A stretch of 64,000 bases of DNA, from NCBI RefSeq assembly GCF_009914755.1, contig NC_060925.1. One strand, written 5' to 3'. The DNA is from the human T2T-CHM13v2.0 reference genome, Homo sapiens. Positions 59,214 through 64,000 of this stretch are shown here, in pieces; position 1 is the first letter of the stretch, and every line of letters starts with the position of its first letter. Position numbers and translations under genes: made by a program. The notes below the pieces were generated by a model that saw only the letters and a program-made list of their open reading frames with translations, did not search any database and was not told the DNA's origin.

Positions 59214-60165
59214 TTTCAAATCTTAATGAAAATGTCTTACCCAAGTCCCATAGCAAGTAAGCACTAGAGATAAGATATGCTCATGGGTTGGCCTGGCTCT
59301 GAACTCTATGGTGTTTCTACATCTCCAAGCAGCATTTACTTGGATTTTTCTTTTAACTGACAGAATCATGTATATAAGTACTTACATGGAGTTATGGTTT
59401 TACCTCAAAGAAAAAAACTGAAGTATATAGATTTAGTCCTATCTATATGCCAGTGTTTTTTTTTCCTTGTTTATATCAAATCCTAAGGCTCAGCCTTTAT
59501 ATCTAGATTAGGTTTCATTACACAAGGCACATGGTTGATAAATTTGAGTTCAAATGCTCCATTTCAGAGAGCTTTACAAATCACAGGCATCGGTTCATTT
59601 CTATAAAGCCAAAAATACATTTTAAAAGTTAATAAATGGTGATAGTTTGTCCCCAAAATGGATGTGCCATTTATATCTTCACCAGTAATGTATGAATGTG
59701 TATTTTCCCTTCCTCTTAACAGCACTGGGTGTTATCAAACTTTATATTTTTTGCTTATCTGATAAGTATACATAGTATTTTGTTTTAATTTGCATTTCTG
59801 TAATTGAGAGTGCACTGTCATTGATTTATTGTCAATTTTTATCTCTTTTTTCAGAGATCCGTCTGGTTATATTTTTGCCCATTTTTCTTTTAACTTTTAT
59901 TTTCGTTTCAAAGGTCCATGTGCAGGTTTGTTATACAGGTAAACTGCATTTCATGAGGTTTGGTGTACAGATAACTTCATCATCTGGGTAGTACGCATAG
60001 TATCTAACAGATTTTTTTTTATTCCTTCCTTCCTCCCAGCCTCCACCTTCAAGTAGGCCCGTGTGTCTGTTGTTCCCCTCCTAGTATCCATGTGTTCTCA
60101 CTGTTTAGCTCCCATTTAAAAGTGAGAACACTCCGTATTTGGTTTTCTGTTCCTGTGTCAGTTTG

Positions 60166-60528
60166 TGATATGGTTTGGCTGTGTCTCTGCCTAAATCTTA
60201 TCTTGAATTGTAGCTCCCATAATTCCCACTTGTTGTGGGAGGGAGCTGGTGGGAGATAATTGAATCATGGGGGTGATTTCCCCCATACTGTTCTCGTGCT
60301 AGTGAATAAGTCTCACAAGATCTGATGGTTTTATAAGGGGAAACTCCTTTCACTTGGTTCTCATTCTCTCTTTGCCTGCTGCCAGGTAAGACGTACCTTT
60401 CACCTTCTGCCAAGACTGTGAGGATTCTCCAGCCATGTGGAACTGTGAGTCCATTAAACCTCTTTTTCTTTATAAATTACCCAGTCTCAGGTATGTCTTT
60501 ATCAGCAGCATGAAAATGGACTAATACA
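60166..60528 (+). mobile_element. THE1B solo LTR in L1PA
   Basis: tgatatggtttggctgtgtc...ggactaataca; exact TSD gtttg. Confidence 0.93.
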
Positions 60529-61330
60529 GTTTGCTTAGGATAATGGCCTCCAGCTCCATCCATGTTGCTGCAAAGGACATGATCTCATTCTTTTTTATGG
60601 CTGTATAGTATTCCATGGTGTATATACAGTACCCTATTTCCTTCACCCAGTCTGCCATTGATGGGCATTTAGGTTGATTCTATGTTTTTGCTATTGTACG
60701 TAGTGCTGCAATGAACATATGCATGCAGGTGTCTTTATGGCAGTATATACCCAATAATGGGATTTCTAGGTCAAATGGTAATTCCATTTTTAGTTCTTTG
60801 AGGAATTGCCACACTGTTCTACACAATGGCTGAACTAATTTACACTCCCACCAGCCGAATATAAACATTCCCCTTTCTCCACAACCTCACCAGCATTTAT
60901 TTTTTGACTTTTTAATAATAGCTATTCTGACTGTTGTGAAATGGTATCTCATTGTGATTTTGGTTTGCATTTCTCTAAAGATTTGTGATGCTGGGAATTT
61001 TTTCATATGCTTGTTGGCCGCATGTATGTCTTCTTTGGAAAAGTGTTCATGTCCTTTGCCCACTTTTTAATGGGGTTGTTTTTTGCTTGTAAATTTGTTT
61101 AATTTCCTTATAGATTCTGGATATTAGACCTTTGTTGGATGCATAGTTTGCCAATATTTTCTCCCACTCTGTAGGCTGACTGTTTACTCTGTTGATTTCT
61201 TTTGCTGTGTAGAAGCTTTTAAGTTTAATTAGACCCCATTTGTCAATTTTTGTTGTTGTTGTTGCAACTGCTTTGGCATCTTTGTCACAAAATCTTTGCC
61301 AAGTCCTATGTTCAGAATGGTATTTTCTAG

Positions 61331-61689
<359 letters not shown>

Positions 61690-63597
61690 GAGTTGATTTT
61701 TATATGTAGTATAAAGTAGGGGTCCAGATTCAATCTTCTGCATATGGCTAGCCAGCTATCTCAGCACCATTTTTGAATGGGGAGTCCTTTCTCCATTGCT
61801 TGTTTTTGTTAACTTTGTCAAAGATCAGACGGTTGTAGGTGTGTGGCATTATTTCTGGGCTCTCTATTCTGTTCTATTGGTGTATGTGTCTGTTTTGTAC
61901 CCGTACCATGCTACTTGGGTTACTGTAGCCCTGTAGTATAGTTTGAAGTCAGGTAATGTGATGCCTCCAGTTTTGTTCTTTTTGTTTAGAATCGCCTTGG
62001 CTATTTGGGCTCCTTTTTGGTTCCATATAAATTGTAAAATAGTTTTTTCTAATTCTGTGAAAAATGCCATTGGTAGTTTGACAGAAATAGCATGTAATCT
62101 GTAAATTGCTTTGGGCAGTATGGCCATTTTAATGATATTGATTCTTCCTATCTATGAGCATAGAATGGTTTTCCATTTGTGTCATCTCTGATTTCTTTGA
62201 GCAGTGTTTTGCAGTTCTCATTGTAGAGATGTTTCATCTCCTTGGTTAACTGTATTCCTAGGTATTTTATTATTTTGGTAGTAATTGTGGGTGGGATTGC
62301 ATTCCTGGTTTGGCTGTTGATTTGGATGTTGTTTGTGTATAGGAATGCTATTGATTTTTGTATGTTGATTTTGTATCCTGAAACTTTACTAAAGTTATCA
62401 GATCAAGGAGCTTTTGGACAGAGGTTATGTGGTTTTCTAGATCTAGAATCATATTGCCTATAAACAGTAATAATTTGACTTCCTCTCTTCCTATTTGGAT
62501 GTCTTTTCTTTCTCTTGCCTGATTGCTCTCACCAGGATTTCCAATACTACGTTGAATAAGAGTGGTGTGAGAGATGGCATCCTTGTCTTATGCCAGCTTT
62601 CAAAGGGAATGTTTCCAGCTTTTGCCCATTCAGTATGGTGTTGGCTGTGGGTGGCTATAAATGGCTCTTAATATTTTGAGGTATATTCCTTCAATGCCTA
62701 GTTTGTTGAGGGCTTTTCACAGGAAGGGATGTTGAATTTTATCAAACACTTTTGCTGTATCTATTGAGATAATCATGTGGTTTTCGTTTTTAGTTCTGTT
62801 TATGTGATGAATCACACTTATTGATTAGCATATGTTGAACCAACTTTGCATCCCAGGGATAGAGCCTACTTGACTATGGCGGATTAGCTTTGAGATGTGC
62901 TGCTGGATTTAATTTGCTAGTATTTTGTTGCAAAATTTTGCACCTATGTTCATCAAAGGTATTGGCCTGACGTTTTCTTTTTGTTGTGTCTCTGCCAGGT
63001 TTTGGTATCAGAATGATGCTGGCCTCATAGGAAAAACTGGGAATTAGTCCCTGCTCCTCAATTTTTTAGAACAGTTTCAGTAAGAATGGTATCAGCCCTT
63101 CTTTATACATCTGGTAGAATTCGGCTGTGAATCCATCTGGTCCTGGGCTTTTTTTTTGGCTGTAGGCTTTTTATTAGCAACTCAATTTCTGAACTCATTA
63201 TTGGTCTGTTCATGGATTCAGTTTCCAAGTAACTGTATGGTTTTGTGTGATTTTCTTAGTATTGATTTCTATTTTTATTGCACTGTGGTCTGAGAATGTG
63301 GTTGTTTCTATTTTTTCAAAATTTCTGAGTATTTTTTATGTCCAGTTGTGTGGCTGATTTTGGAGTATGTGCCATGTTGTGATGAGAAGAATGTGTATTA
63401 TTCTCACATTCTTTTGGGGTGGAGAGTCCTGTAGCTGTCTATTAGGTCCATTTGGTCGAGTGTTGGCTTCAGGTCCTGAATATCTCTGATAATTATCTGC
63501 CTTGATGATCTGTCTAATATGGTCAGTAGGGTGTTGAAGTCTCCCACTTATTGTGTGGGAATCCAAGTCTCTTTGTAGCCTCTAAGAACTTGCTTTA

Positions 63598-63870
63598 TGA
63601 GAGATGTGCAAATCTTGTGTTCACTTGGACACATAGAGGCTATTGTAGGTTAGATCTCAGGGGATAGGGAAGCCTGAGGAGAGAGAGATGGGGGCACAGC
63701 TGATTGGTAGAGCATACAGAGCACATTCATCAATTAAGTTTGCCATCTTATATGGGTGCTGTTCGTGATGCCCCAAAATAATTACAGTAGTAACATCAAA
63801 GATCACTGATAACAGATCACCATAACAGATATAATAATAATGAAAAAGTCTGAAATATTGTGAGAATTAC
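63598..63870 (-). mobile_element. Tigger1 fragment
   Basis: gtaacatcaaagatcactgataacagatcaccataacagatataataataatgaaaaag. Confidence 0.88.
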
Positions 63871-64000
63871 CTTTATCAAGCTTTGGCATGATATTATCCT
63901 AATTTTATTAATATATTTAAAGTATTATTTCTTGTGTAAATATCTTTAAAACAGTTCTAAAATAATTTATTATATATAATATTTAAAATTTATAGTAAAA

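Overview
Primate (human/great-ape-like, since an SVA is present) intergenic or intronic DNA made almost entirely of interspersed repeats. I see no supported protein-coding exon, RNA gene, CRISPR array or prokaryotic feature. The only gene-derived sequence is a decayed processed pseudogene of SNRPD2 (Sm D2) at 33066-33569 (-), with a poly(A) remnant and 17-bp target-site duplications (TSDs). Bases 285-17930 are one nested stack: an L2 split by an old L1MA, which holds a near-full-length L1PB, a full-length SVA and 12 Alu/FLAM copies. The rest holds about 20 more Alus, a twin-primed L1PA2, a two-LTR THE1C provirus, solo LTRs (MST, MER4, MLT, LTR16, THE1B), DNA transposons (Tigger1, Tigger3a, Tigger13-like, MER45A, MER63A), L2 and MIR. 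I did not find a convincing new biological system. The most unusual structure that repeat annotation does not explain is five short (about 100-320 bp) non-tandem duplications copied from 0.8-1.9 kb away, several spanning locus-specific repeat junctions. They look like fossil templated-repair scars. Subfamily names come from remembered consensus features and identities are estimated by eye; RepeatMasker/Dfam and alignments are needed to confirm them.
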